64,000 nt of DNA from an uncultured delta proteobacterium (GCA_963797235.1 CAWCOX010000006.1:191668-255667), one strand, 5' to 3'. Shown: positions 28,416 through 38,350, counted from the first letter of the stretch. The notes: generated by a model not told the origin, from the sequence alone. Numbers and translations: made by a program.

Positions 28416-28574
28416 GAGTTGAGCTTAGCTTAGCGTCAGCAAGAAAGCTCTTTTGGGATTTCAGGTACGTATCCGTTGAAAACGTGGCGGTTCGTAAGAC
28501 CACCTAATCATATTTTTCCAAGTTACGGTAGTCAGGTTTCTTGGCTGAAGCTCCGCACTGAAGCTTTGGAGCCA

Positions 28575-29499
28575 ATGAGCGGCAAACTGGCCATCAAAGT
28601 AGACGTAGACACTTTGGAGGGTTACTGTAAGGGGGTGCCGGCCTTGTTGCGGGTTTTGGCCGAGCAGGCGGTCCAGGGCCAGCTTCTTCCTGGCCCTGGG
28701 GCCGGATAACTCCGGCCGCGCTATCTGGCGCGTCTTTCGCCAGCCGGGCTTCTTGCAAAAAATGTGGCGCACCCGGGCGCCGGCGATCTATGGCTTCAAG
28801 ACCATGTGTTACGGCACTTTGCTGCCCGCGCCCCTGATCGGGGCCGCGGCCCCGGAAATCCCCGGCCTGATTGCCGCGGCCGGCCACGAAGTGGGGCTGC
28901 ACGGCTACGACCACGTGCGCTGGCACGACCAGCTTTTCCGGCTGCCCCTCCGGGAGATCTCCCGGGAGATCGGGGCGGCCCAGGAGACGCTGGCCTCATT
29001 AACGGGTCGCCGGGCCGACTCCTTTGCAGCCCCGGGCTGGCAATGCAGCGAGGAGAGCCGCCAGGTGCAGGCAGCCCAGCATTTTCTTTATGCCAGCGAC
29101 ACCCGGGGCTTCACCCCCTATTTCCCCCGGTTCGGGAAGACCGTCTCGAAGGTATTGGAGATCCCCACCACCCTGCCCACTCTGGATGAGGTGTTGGGCC
29201 TGGACGGCTGCCGGCCCGGAGATTTCAGCGATCTGGTCCTGGCTCGCCTGAACCCGGAGCGGCCCCAGGTGCTCACCGTCCACGCCGAACTGGAGGGCGG
29301 GCCGTACCTGGATGACTTTGGCCGTTTATTGCAGCGCGGCCGCCGGCAGGGGGTGGAATTCTTCCGCCTGGAGGATTGGGCCCGGGAACTGTTGCAGGCG
29401 CCGGGTAAGATCCAGGTGGCGCCGGTCGCTTCCCGGCGCCTGCCGGGACGGGCCGGCACGGTTTCCTGCCAGGGTGCTCTGGAGGCCCCGTTATCATGA
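28575..29499 (+). pseudogene. arnD: 4-deoxy-4-formamido-L-arabinose-phosphoundecaprenol deformylase (ArnD-like polysaccharide deacetylase), apparent frameshift
   Basis: MSGKLAIKVDVDTLEGYCKGVPALL in frame 1. SFFLALGPDNSGRAIWRVFRQPGFLQKMW...HGYDHVRWHD in frame 2. The slip is at the G3 run 28676-28678. Confidence 0.75.
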
Positions 29500-30227
29500 T
29501 CGCCGCCATCGTCGCCGCCGCCGGCCTCGGCCTCCGCATGGGGAACGACACCCCCAAGCCTTACCTGGCCCTGGGGGGCAAACCCATCCTGGTCCACACC
29601 CTGGGGGTCTTCGAAAAGATCGCGGAGATCCGGGAGGTCGCCCTGGTGGTGCATCCCGAAGAACTGGACTACTGCCAGGAAAAGGTCATCTCCCCTTATG
29701 GGTTCAAGAAGGTGTTGCGCCTGGTGCCCGGGGGCAAGGAACGCCAGGACAGCGTTTACAACGCCCTCAAGGCCCTGAAGAATGAAGATGAACTGGAAAT
29801 CGTGCTGGTGCACGACGGGGTGCGGCCTTTCATCACCCCGGAACAGGTCTGCCGGGTCATTCAGGCGGCCCGGACCCACGGTGCGGCAGTCCTGGGCCTG
29901 CCGGCCCAGGATACCCTGAAGACCGTCACGGCGGAGGGTGAGGTCCGCCGGGTTCGCCAGACCCTGGAGCGCAAGGATGTCTGGCAGATCCAGACGCCTC
30001 AGGCCTTCCAGGCCGCGCTCTTGCGCCGGGCCTTTGTTACGGCCTACAGCCGCAATTTTTACGGCACCGACGAGGCCTCCCTGGTGGAGGCGCTCAACCA
30101 GCCGGTGGTGGTAGTCACCGGCTCACCCTTGAACCTGAAGATCACGACGCCGGATGACCTGGCCCTGGCCGAGGCCATCCTGCCCCTGATGAGGAAAAAG
30201 AGACGTGCGAGTCGGGATGGGGTATGA
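29496..30227 (+). CDS. ispD: 2-C-methyl-D-erythritol 4-phosphate cytidylyltransferase
   Basis: AAGLGLRMG, PGGKERQDSV and VLVHDGVRPF. Confidence 0.9.
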   Translation: MIAAIVAAAGLGLRMGNDTPKPYLALGGKPILVHTLGVFEKIAEIREVALVVHPEELDYCQEKVISPYGFKKVLRLVPGGKERQDSVYNALKALKNEDELEIVLVHDGVRPFITPEQVCRVIQAARTHGAAVLGLPAQDTLKTVTAEGEVRRVRQTLERKDVWQIQTPQAFQAALLRRAFVTAYSRNFYGTDEASLVEALNQPVVVVTGSPLNLKITTPDDLALAEAILPLMRKKRRASRDGV

Positions 30228-30678
30228 CGCCCACCGCCTGGTGGAGGGCCGCCTCCTGATTCTGGGGGGGGTGACCGTCCCCTATCATCTGGGCCTGTTG
30301 GGCCACTCGGACGCCGACGTCCTGAGCCACGCCATCGGCGACGCCTTCCTGGGAGCGGTGGGGGCCGGCGACCTGGGCCGCCATTTCCCGGATAAGTATC
30401 CGGCCTATGAAGGCATCTCCAGCCTGATCCTGCTGGAAAAAATCATGCAGATCGTGCGGCAGCGGGGCTTTGCGCCGGTGAACGTGGACGCCACCGTGGT
30501 CTGCGAGGCGCCCCGCCTGGGGCCGCATTTTCCGGAGATGATCGGCAAACTGGCGCCGATATTGGGCCTGGCCCCGGATGAGATTAATTTGAAGGCCACC
30601 ACCACCGAACACATGGGCTTTGCCGGCCGGGGGGAAGGGATGGCGGCGTACGCCGTGGTGCTGGTGAAGAAAGCCTAA
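30205..30678 (+). CDS. ispF: 2-C-methyl-D-erythritol 2,4-cyclodiphosphate synthase
   Basis: MRVGMGYDAHRL, GHSDADVLSHA and TTTEHMGFAGRGEG. GTG start overlaps ispD. Confidence 0.95.
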   Translation: MRVGMGYDAHRLVEGRLLILGGVTVPYHLGLLGHSDADVLSHAIGDAFLGAVGAGDLGRHFPDKYPAYEGISSLILLEKIMQIVRQRGFAPVNVDATVVCEAPRLGPHFPEMIGKLAPILGLAPDEINLKATTTEHMGFAGRGEGMAAYAVVLVKKA

Positions 30679-30698
30679 TCGAAGTTGATATTTGGTGA

Positions 30699-30773
30699 GC
30701 GAAGGGGTTAAAAGGGAAAATGATCCAAAGGTTAACAAGTTTTTACCCTTTCGCCTGTTCCCCTTTTTGCCCC
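30699..30773. repeat. inverted pair of A/G-rich and T/C-rich short-repeat tracts
   Basis: GCGAAGGGGTTAAAAGGGAAAA ... TTTTACCCTTTCGCCTGTTCCCCTTTTTGCCCC. Confidence 0.6.
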
Positions 30774-30788
30774 TGACTTAATGAAGAA

Positions 30789-31430
30789 ATGAAAATCATC
30801 CATGCTGCCCGGGCTGCTGAAAGAGCCCCGATATTACTGCCCACCTACGACGACTGTCTGGCCTTGATGGACGTCCACGCCATGCTGGACAACATCCGGG
30901 AGCACTCCTTCCGGGTGATGCAGGTGGCCGACCGGCTGGGCCAGGCCCTGGCCGCGGCGGGCCTGGTGCTGCATCTGCCCCTGATCAGCACCGGGGCATT
31001 GCTCCATGACCTGGGCAAGACCGCCTGCCTGGGCACGACCGAAAATCACGCCCAATTGGGCGCCGACATCCTGGCCTCCCTGGGCTTCCCGGAACTGGCC
31101 CAGGTGGTTAAAGAGCACGTGCGTCTGGAAGAGGAAATTAACGACCCCCGGCCGCTGCGGGAGTCCGAGGTGGTCAATTACGCCGACAAGCGGGTGCTCC
31201 ACACCCAGGTGGTCACCCTGGCGGAGCGCTTCGCCGACCTCCAGGTGCGCTACGGCCGGACGCCTGCGGCCCGAGGGCGCATCGCCGCCATGGAGATCCA
31301 GACCCAGGCCCTGGAGGAAAAGCTGTTTGCGCCCTTAAACCTTGGTCCCCTGGACCTGCTCCGGGAAAACAGCTATCAGCCGTCAGCTTTCCGCGGTCAG
31401 CCGGAATCGGCCAAGGGCGAAGGCCGCTAA
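30789..31430 (+). CDS. HD domain-containing phosphohydrolase
   Basis: HSFRV...GALLHDLGK...NYADKR (H-HD-D pattern). Confidence 0.7.
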   Translation: MKIIHAARAAERAPILLPTYDDCLALMDVHAMLDNIREHSFRVMQVADRLGQALAAAGLVLHLPLISTGALLHDLGKTACLGTTENHAQLGADILASLGFPELAQVVKEHVRLEEEINDPRPLRESEVVNYADKRVLHTQVVTLAERFADLQVRYGRTPAARGRIAAMEIQTQALEEKLFAPLNLGPLDLLRENSYQPSAFRGQPESAKGEGR

Positions 31431-31534
31431 ATGGGGATAGGATAAGCATTATTAAAGAACAGCCGAAGATAGCTGTTCTGCAATTGCTTTCACTTTGCCT
31501 GAAGAAATACCGTTCCTACGGAATTCTGTCTTGT

Positions 31535-31562
31535 GCTGAAAGCTGAAAGCTGACCGCTGAAA
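31535..31562. repeat. tandem heptamer array (GCTGAMM)x4
   Basis: GCTGAAA GCTGAAA GCTGACC GCTGAAA. Confidence 0.9.
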
Positions 31563-31586
31563 GCGATTTCTTAACCGGAGGGAAGC

Positions 31587-32519
31587 ATGGCAAAAATGCG
31601 GCTGGCCCTGATCGCCGGGGGTAAATCCTCGGAACGGGAAGTCTCCTTGAAGAGCGGGGCCCAGGTTTATGAGGCCCTGGATAAGAGCAAGTACGACATC
31701 CGGCGCTACGATCCCCGCAATGATCTGGCCCGGCTGGTGCAGGACGCCCCGGAACTCCAGGTGGCCTTGATCATCATGCACGGCCGGGGTGGTGAGGACG
31801 GCGCCATGCAGGGCTTCCTGGACCTCCTGGAGATTCCTTACCAGGGCTCCGGGGTCCTGGCCTCGGCCCTGGCCATGGATAAGGAACTGAGCAAGGCCCT
31901 TTATCAGATGGCCGGGCTCAGGGTGCCCACCGCCATGGCCTTTGGCCGCGAGAAGACCCCCACCCCGGCGGAGATCGGCGAGGCTTTGGGGCTGCCCGTG
32001 GTCATCAAACCGGCCACCGAAGGTTCCAGCATCGGTATCAGCCTGGCCCGCACCCTGGGAGAGTTGCAAACCGGGCTGGCCGCGGCCTTTCGCTATGATT
32101 CCCAGTTGCTGGTGGAGGAATTCATCCAGGGCATCGAGGTCACCGGCGCGGTCTTGGGGAACCGGGACCTCAAGGCCCTGCCCCTGGTGGAGATCGTCCC
32201 CGCCGAAAACTACACCTTTTTCGATTACGAGGCCAAGTACCAGCCCGGGGCCAGCCAGGAGATCTGCCCGGCCCGCCTCAGCCCGGAGTTGACCGCCCAG
32301 GCCCAGCGCTGCGCCCTCGAGGCCCACGACGTCCTGGGCTGCCGGGGTTACAGCCGCACCGACATGATCGTCCGGGACGAGCAGATTTATGTCCTGGAGA
32401 CCAACACCATTCCCGGCATGACCGCCACCAGTCTCTTTCCCCAGGCGGCCCAGGCCGCGGGGCTGGCCTTCCCGGCCTTATTGGACGAGCTCATCCGACT
32501 GGCGCTGGAAAAGGATTAG
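31587..32519 (+). CDS. ddl: D-alanine--D-alanine ligase
   Basis: GGKSSEREVSL, HGRGGEDGAMQG, EGSSIG and ETNTIPGMT. Confidence 0.95.
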   Translation: MAKMRLALIAGGKSSEREVSLKSGAQVYEALDKSKYDIRRYDPRNDLARLVQDAPELQVALIIMHGRGGEDGAMQGFLDLLEIPYQGSGVLASALAMDKELSKALYQMAGLRVPTAMAFGREKTPTPAEIGEALGLPVVIKPATEGSSIGISLARTLGELQTGLAAAFRYDSQLLVEEFIQGIEVTGAVLGNRDLKALPLVEIVPAENYTFFDYEAKYQPGASQEICPARLSPELTAQAQRCALEAHDVLGCRGYSRTDMIVRDEQIYVLETNTIPGMTATSLFPQAAQAAGLAFPALLDELIRLALEKD

Positions 32520-32527
32520 CGAAATAA

Positions 32528-32554
32528 TAGGGGCGGCTCGCGAGCCGCCCCTAC
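32528..32554. repeat. REP-like hairpin, family R3
   Basis: TAGGGGCGGCTCGCGAGCCGCCCCTAC. Confidence 0.85.
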
Positions 32555-32588
32555 AATCTATCAACATTGCGGTTTTCTCCCCACCGAT

Positions 32589-33705
32589 ATGGCCGACCGC
32601 TGGATTCCCTTAAAGCAACTTCTGGAAGACGGCCTGGCCCGAGGCGTCTACACCGCGGCCGTGGCGTGCGTGGGCTGGCGAGGGGAACTGCGGTGGCAGG
32701 CCGCCGTGGGCCGGGTTTCTCGGGACCCCGCGGCCTTACCCACGACGCTTGACACCAGCTTCGATCTGGCTTCGCTGACCAAACCCCTGGCCACCGCCCT
32801 GGCCCTGATGGTTTTGACGGAGGCCGGGAAACTCACGCCCGACGCCACCCTGGGGGAATTGCTGCCCGTCGCCTGGCTGCCGCCGGACAAGCGCTCCCTG
32901 ACCCTGGCCCAGCTTTTGGCCCACCGGGCCGGGCTGCCGGCCTGGGAGCCGTTTTACCGGGAAGTCCTGCCAGCCCCCCCCGAGGCCAGGGTGAGCCTCC
33001 TGCCGCGCCTGGCCGCGGCCACACCCCTGGCCCAGCCGCCGGATACCGCCACCCTCTACAGCGACCTGGGCTTCATGCTGCTGCAGGCGGTGGTGGAGGC
33101 CGTCTCGGGCCTGGGCCTGGATCGTTTTTGCCGGGAACAAATCTACCAGCCGCTGGGATTGAGACTCTGGGTTTCACCCCAGTTAAGCCAGGCCCGGCGG
33201 AAATACCTTGAGCTATGCCTGCACCGAGCCGGGGCTCATTCCGGGGCGCCACGTCTGCGGCGAGGTGCACGATGAAAACGCCTGGGCCGCCGGGGGCGTG
33301 GCCGGGCACGCCGGGCTCTTCGGCCGGGGCTCGGAAGTTTTCGCCTTGGTGGCGGCCCTGTACCGCGCTTTTCACGGGGAAGCCGGATTGCCCTGCTCTC
33401 CGGCAACGGTGCGCCGTTTTTTGACCCCGGTGGCCCCGGGAGCCCGGGCCTTGGGGTTCGACGTCCCCAGCCCTGCGGCCGCCCAGTGCTCGGCGGGGCG
33501 CTACTTCTCGCCCCGGAGTGTCGGCCACCTGGGCTTCACCGGCACCTCTTTTTGGCTGGACCTGGAACTGGGGCAGATGATAGTCTTACTCACCAACCGG
33601 GTGCACCTGGGCCGGGACGACAAGACCAGAATCCAGGCCTTCCGGCCGCGCTTTCATGAGGCGGCCTCGAGGGCCCTGGGGTTTGACCAAGGGTTTCGGA
33701 ATTAG
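32589..33705 (+). pseudogene. serine hydrolase (class C beta-lactamase/esterase family), apparent frameshift
   Basis: SLTKP (SxxK) and YSDLGF in frame 1. LSYACTEPGLIPGRHVCGEVHDENAW...GHAGLFG...GFTGTSFW in frame 2. The slip is at the A3 run 33201-33203. Confidence 0.75.
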
Positions 33706-33783
33706 TGTAATTGAGGAGACCTTAAACTCTCCATTGCAGTCGCTCATGGGCTTTTGGCCCACCCATAAATTATGAAAAGCTTT

Positions 33784-33810
33784 GGTGGGGCGGGCGTCCC
33801 TGCCCGCCAT
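33784..33810. repeat. REP-like hairpin, family R3
   Basis: GGTGGGGCGGGCGTCCCTGCCCGCCAT. Near-identical to 63470-63495. Confidence 0.8.
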
Positions 33811-33820
33811 TTTCTTTATT

Positions 33821-33856
33821 TTTGCGTCTTTCTTTGCGACTTTGCGTCTTTGCGTG
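33821..33856. repeat. tandem octamer array (TTTGCGWS)x4
   Basis: TTTGCGTC (TTTC) TTTGCGAC TTTGCGTC TTTGCGTG, followed by AGGTA. Confidence 0.85.
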
Positions 33857-33913
33857 AGGTAATCTTTTCGGAACAGGGAATCAAAAAGTTCAAAGGTGAC
33901 AGGTGCCCAAACC

Positions 33914-34249
33914 ATGAGAATAATTAACGCCTTCGCTCCCAGTGTGCCCATGTGGGAAATACATTATTTCCCGGCAGAAGATAAAACCTGGATTACCCCG
34001 ATAATCTGTATTGCTGTGGTTGAAACGCGCTATACCAGAGCGCATCCGGGGGAAGAACACACTTTAGAAACCGAATTGCGGCCTCTGGGTTTTATGGAAA
34101 GCGAACCCAATGGCTTGGATGCGTGGCATGAAAAATCTGATGCCATGGGCTATGCGCTGTCGCCTCTATCCGACGCCGAAATCAGAGAGAAATGGGCCGG
34201 CGAAATCGCCGCTTTGCAGCGCCAGCACGAAGCTGAGAAAACCAAATAA
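33914..34249 (+). CDS. hypothetical protein
   Basis: 111-aa ORF from ATG 33914. Lower G+C than its neighbours. No recognisable motif. Confidence 0.4.
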   Translation: MRIINAFAPSVPMWEIHYFPAEDKTWITPIICIAVVETRYTRAHPGEEHTLETELRPLGFMESEPNGLDAWHEKSDAMGYALSPLSDAEIREKWAGEIAALQRQHEAEKTK

Positions 34250-34280
34250 GGATTAACAGTAAGGACAAGACCTCCCACTG

Positions 34281-35759
34281 ATGAACTCCAAGGCAGCGCA
34301 ACATATCCATCTCCTGGGCATCTGCGGCACCGGCATGGCGGCGCTGGCCGGGATTCTTCAGGAACAGGGCTACCGGGTCAGCGGCTCCGACGAACACGCC
34401 TACCCGCCCATGAGCACTTTTCTGGAGGGTCTGGGCATCCGGGTGCAAAACGGTTACGCCGCGGCCAACCTGAATCCCCGGCCGGACCTGGCCGTGGTGG
34501 GCAACGTCATCCGCCGGGACAATCCCGAGGCCCAGGCCCTGTTGGCCGGCGACCTCCCCCGCCTGTCGATGCCGGAAGCGCTGAACCGCTTCCTGGTGGG
34601 CGAGCGCCGGAGCCTGGTGGTGGCCGGCACCCACGGCAAGACCACCACCACGGCGCTCCTCAGTTGGCTGCTCTACGCCCTCGGGCTCGACCCCGGCTTC
34701 ATGGTGGGCGGCATCGCCCGGAATTTCCAGGCCAACTACCGGGTGGGCCGCGGCCCCTACGTGGCCCTGGAGGGCGACGAATACGACACCGCCTTTTTCG
34801 ACAAGCGCCCCAAGTTCGTGCACTTCCGGCCCCGGGTGGCGATCCTCACCTCCATCGAATTCGACCACGCCGACATTTATACCGACCTGGACCACGTCAT
34901 CCGGGCCTTCGAGGCTTTCCTTGCGACGGTCGCTCCGGACGGCCGGGTCCTGGCCTGGGGGGATGCGCCCCTGGTGCGCCAGGTCTGCGGGCGCCGCGGG
35001 GCGCCGGTCTCGTTTTACGGCCAGGGCCCCGATTGCCAGTGGCAGGCCACGGATCTAGCCCCGGCCGCCGGCGGCATGCAGTTCAGCGTCCGGCGGGACG
35101 GCAAGCCGTGGGGCGAGTTTTTCCTGCCGATGATCGGCCGGCATAATGTCTGGAACGCCCTGGCCGCCCTGGCGGCCCTGGCGGAGGTGGGGGCCGAACC
35201 CGGGCCGCTGCAAGAGGCCCTGGCCGGCTTTAAGGGGATTCACAAGCGCCAGGAGGTGGCCGGGGAATTTCAGGGGGTGCTGGTCCTGCAGGATTTCGCC
35301 CACCATCCCACCGCGGTGGCCGTGACCCTGGCGGCGGTGCGCCAGGGCTACCCGGACCGCCGCCTGGTGGCGGTCTTCGAGCCCCGCACCAACACCTCCA
35401 GGCGCCGCATCTTCCAGGAGCACTACGCCAAGGCCTTCCAGGACGCCGACCTCATCTTGGTGCGGGAGCCGCCGGACCTGTGGAAGGTGGAGCCGGAGGA
35501 ACAGTTTTCCTCGCAGCAACTGGTGGCGGACCTGGAGCGCCAGGGCAAAACCGCCGCCTACTTTCCCGATACCGATCAGCTCCTGGCAGGATTGCTGCCG
35601 CGGCTCCAGCCCGGCGACCTGGTGCTGGTCATGTCCAACGGCGACTTCGACCACCTGGTGCCGCGCCTGTGCGAGGCGAAAGAAGATGCGGGGAGAAATA
35701 TAAATTATAAGGAAATGAAAATTCTGTGTCTTGGTTCTTATGTGAGATTTATAATCTAA
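34281..35759 (+). CDS. mpl: UDP-N-acetylmuramate:L-alanyl-gamma-D-glutamyl-meso-diaminopimelate ligase
   Basis: LGICGTGMAALA and GTHGKTTTT, Mur-ligase architecture. The last ~25 codons (KEDAGRNINYKEMKILCLGSYVRFII) are encoded by the AT-rich tract. Confidence 0.85.
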   Translation: MNSKAAQHIHLLGICGTGMAALAGILQEQGYRVSGSDEHAYPPMSTFLEGLGIRVQNGYAAANLNPRPDLAVVGNVIRRDNPEAQALLAGDLPRLSMPEALNRFLVGERRSLVVAGTHGKTTTTALLSWLLYALGLDPGFMVGGIARNFQANYRVGRGPYVALEGDEYDTAFFDKRPKFVHFRPRVAILTSIEFDHADIYTDLDHVIRAFEAFLATVAPDGRVLAWGDAPLVRQVCGRRGAPVSFYGQGPDCQWQATDLAPAAGGMQFSVRRDGKPWGEFFLPMIGRHNVWNALAALAALAEVGAEPGPLQEALAGFKGIHKRQEVAGEFQGVLVLQDFAHHPTAVAVTLAAVRQGYPDRRLVAVFEPRTNTSRRRIFQEHYAKAFQDADLILVREPPDLWKVEPEEQFSSQQLVADLERQGKTAAYFPDTDQLLAGLLPRLQPGDLVLVMSNGDFDHLVPRLCEAKEDAGRNINYKEMKILCLGSYVRFII

Positions 35760-36176
35760 AAGCAGGTAATAATTCGTTTAAGACTCTGAATTGAGCCTTT
35801 TACAAGACCTTTTTCTTTAAGAACGCTTTTGTAAAATGAGAACATGTTTGTGATGGCTACACTTGATGAATGTTAATTTCAGAAAAGTTAGTTTGATAGT
35901 AATCAATACCACTTATTGCGATATTATTAAGAAACTGGTTTTAGGCTTCTTTATTAAGTTAAGGTGATAAGATTAATAAGATAATTACAATAAGATATTT
36001 TATTGGTTTAATAAATTTTTTTCACACCATGAACAATCACCCCAAAGATATTATATTAAAAACTTTGCTCAACTATTCCATTAGATAGCACAACACGCAA
36101 TTTTAACGATTACTAAAGCTGTGCTTGAAAAGGGTAGTCCACACTGGGGAGCACCACATGTGCCTCACCCGGGAGA

Positions 36177-36280
36177 TGAAAATCTCCCCTCCCCCCGTTT
36201 TGCAAAGGGAGGGGTTAAAGTCCCCCTTTGAAAAAGGGGGATTTAGGGGGATTTGAAGTTTTCGCGCTAAAGTCTGCGGC
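36177..36280. repeat. ~100-bp composite palindromic element, family R4 (copy A)
   Basis: GAAAATCTCCCCTCCCCCCGTTTTGCAAAGGGAGGGG..TCCCCCTTTGAAAAAGGGGGATTTAGGGGGATTTGAAGTTTTCGCGCTAAAGTCTGCGGC. Confidence 0.9.
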
Positions 36281-36317
36281 AACCGGCATAGTAGCGCCGG
36301 TCTCCGGCCAGTGAAAG

Positions 36318-36373
36318 ACCACAGGCTGGAAGCCTGTGCCACTATGATTTGGGGCGACCCCGCTGGGTCGCCC
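36318..36373. repeat. REP-like hairpins (R2 then R3)
   Basis: ACCACAGGCTGGAAGCCTGTGCCACT, then GGGGCGACCCCGCTGGGTCGCCC followed by a T-rich run. Confidence 0.8.
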
Positions 36374-36383
36374 TTTAATTTTT

Positions 36384-37369
36384 TTAGATTAGCAAATCCT
36401 TGAAGCGGTCCTTAGGCGGCGCCTCCAGATATAGAACCCGAACGGACCCGCCAGCTTCCAGGCTCACCCGCACCGCCGCCCCTAAAGGCGCGTCGCTGTA
36501 GGCTGCGGCCAGGCCGGCGGCCTCCTGCAAGTCTCCCTCCGAAACCGATCCGATCACCAGGACCAGGGGTCCGGGATAATCCTCCACCTGCAAGCCGTGG
36601 TCTCCCGGCGCCATCAGGCCGGCGAGGGCCTCGTTATCCCGCTGGGTGCGGCCCACCGCGGCCTTGGCGCCGCCGGGCAGGCGGAAGTGCCGGCCCCACT
36701 CGCAGCAACTCCAGGTCCCGGCGGCCGGGCCTTTCCTGATGCCGCAACAGCTCCTTGATCCGCAGGGCGTAACCCGGGTCGGTCAGCAGACAGCCGCCGG
36801 CGGGGGCGGGATAGCGGGTGATGCCGTACTCCGCGGCCAGGGCGATCTGGCGCTTGCGCCCCCGGCCGCTGAGGTTCAGCAGGCGCTCCCGGTCCACCCA
36901 GCCCTCGAGTTCCGGCCGGGTGGTCTTGAGCATCCTGGCGCTCAGGGGCCTCAGCAGGAGTTCCTCCAGGCCGGACTCCCTGGCCACCACGTTCAGGGAG
37001 CCGCGGTTCTGGCTCATGGGCCGCTGCCCCAGGACCTCGCCGGTGAAGACGAAGTCGAAGCCCTCGGCCGCCATCACCGCCCCGGCCTCCCGGATCATCA
37101 GGGCGTGGCAGTCGATGCAGGGGTTGTGCCCCTTGCCGAAGCCGTGGGGCGGCGCATAGAGCAGAGGCTCGAATTTTTCAGTGAGATCAACTTCTTGCAG
37201 GGGCAGGCCGAGATGGGCCGCGGCCTCCCGGGCCTTCACCGCCCCGTAAAAGGGCGTGACGAAACAGATGAAGGTGACCGTCAATTCCCTGGGCGCGCAG
37301 CACCGCCCCGGCCAGCATACTGTCCAGCCCCCCGGACAGGAGGCCTAAGGCTTTGATTTTTCTAGGCAT
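36384..37369 (-). pseudogene. PP-loop ATPase (ThiI/MnmA-like putative sulfurtransferase), two apparent frameshifts
   Basis: MPRKIKALGLLSGGLDSMLA (SGGxDS), NPCIDCH and GGCLLTD. The pieces are 37369-37280, 37284-36634 and 36656-36384, with slips at CC 37278-37279 and the C4 run 36684-36687. Confidence 0.7.
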
Positions 37370-37385
37370 AATTGTTGATTTTGGC

Positions 37386-37412
37386 GTAGGGGCAGCGCTT
37401 GCTGCGCCCTTA
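37386..37412. repeat. REP-like hairpin, family R3
   Basis: GTAGGGGCAGCGCTTGCTGCGCCCTTA. Confidence 0.75.
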
Positions 37413-37430
37413 ATGATGCATGAGGAAAAA

Positions 37431-37535
37431 GAAAATCCCCCCTGCCCCCCTTTGTCAAAGGGGGGGTCCAAAAAGTCCCCCTTTGAAAAAGGGGGATTTA
37501 GGGGGATTTGAAGTTTTCACGCTAACGTCTGCGGC
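37431..37535. repeat. ~100-bp composite palindromic element, family R4 (copy B, same orientation as A)
   Basis: GAAAATCCCCCCTGCCCCCCTTTGTCAAAGGGGGGG..TCCCCCTTTGAAAAAGGGGGATTTAGGGGGATTTGAAGTTTTCACGCTAACGTCTGCGGC. Confidence 0.9.
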
Positions 37536-37582
37536 TATAAGTTTATCTACCCGGCCTCTTTTTCCGAAAGAGGAATAGGCTT

Positions 37583-38350
37583 TCATCTGGGCAAATCCAG
37601 GGAGAAGCGGCTGAAGCCCAGACGGAGCAAGTCCGCCATGAAACGGCTCGCCGGACCTGGGGGGCCAGGAAGGCCGGCCACTCCTCCGGGGCCAATTCCA
37701 GGCGGGCGGCCGCGGCCTCCGGCACCCGCAGGCGCACCTGGGAAAAACCCCGGCGTCGCAGCCAGGCCTCCCCCTGCCCTACCCGGCCCAGGTCTTCCCG
37801 GGTCAAGGTGGCGCCGTAAGGAAACCGGGTGGCCAGGCAGCTCTGGGGCGGCTTGAGAGGAAGGTTTAGGGCCCGGCTCAGGGCCGCGGATGGCCGCCTT
37901 ATCGAGCCCCGCAGCCAGCAAGGGGCTGGCTACCCCCAGTTCCCGGGCCGCCTGCAGGCCGGGGCGGAAATCCCCCAGGTCGTCCAGGTTGGTGCCGTCC
38001 CACAGGACCTCGGCGCCCTGCTCCCGGGCCACCTGCCAGGCCTGGGCAATGATGGCCCGTTTGCAGGCATAACAACGCCTGCGGCTATTTTCCCGAAAAT
38101 CGGGGAGGGCCAGGGGATCAAAGGCCCGCACCAGGTGCCTGACCCCGAGACGCCGGGCCAGGCCCCAGGCTGCGGCCAGTTCTCCGGGAACGAGATGCGG
38201 GCCGACCAGGGTAATGGCGCAGAGGCCGGGCCCCAGGGCCCGGGCCGCCGCGGCCAGCAGCAGGCTGGAGTCCAGGCCGCCGGAGAACAGCAGCGCCGCC
38301 CGGCGGTGCCGGCGGAGGTTGTTTGTCAAGTTCTCCATTAAGTCAGTCAT
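37583..38350 (-). pseudogene. larE: LarE-type ATP-dependent sulfur transferase, two compensating frameshifts
   Basis: FSGGLDSSLL and CYACK in the ORF frame. The neighbouring frame (ORF 37543-37806 and its upstream extension) gives LSRALNLPLKPPQSCLATRFPYGATLTREDLGRV, which contains the LarE cysteine motif. Confidence 0.75.

Noticed and set aside
28416-28440. GAGCTTAGCTTAGCGTCAGC as another heptamer array
   Set aside because: It contains only two clean TTAGC pentamer copies, which is too short and irregular to count.
36103-36342. 79-aa ORF (..NPPFSKGDFNPSLCKTGGGEIF..), and the similar N-terminus of ORF 37187-37471
   Set aside because: These are translations of the R4 palindromic repeat, a known type of repeat-derived pseudo-ORF, and not genes.
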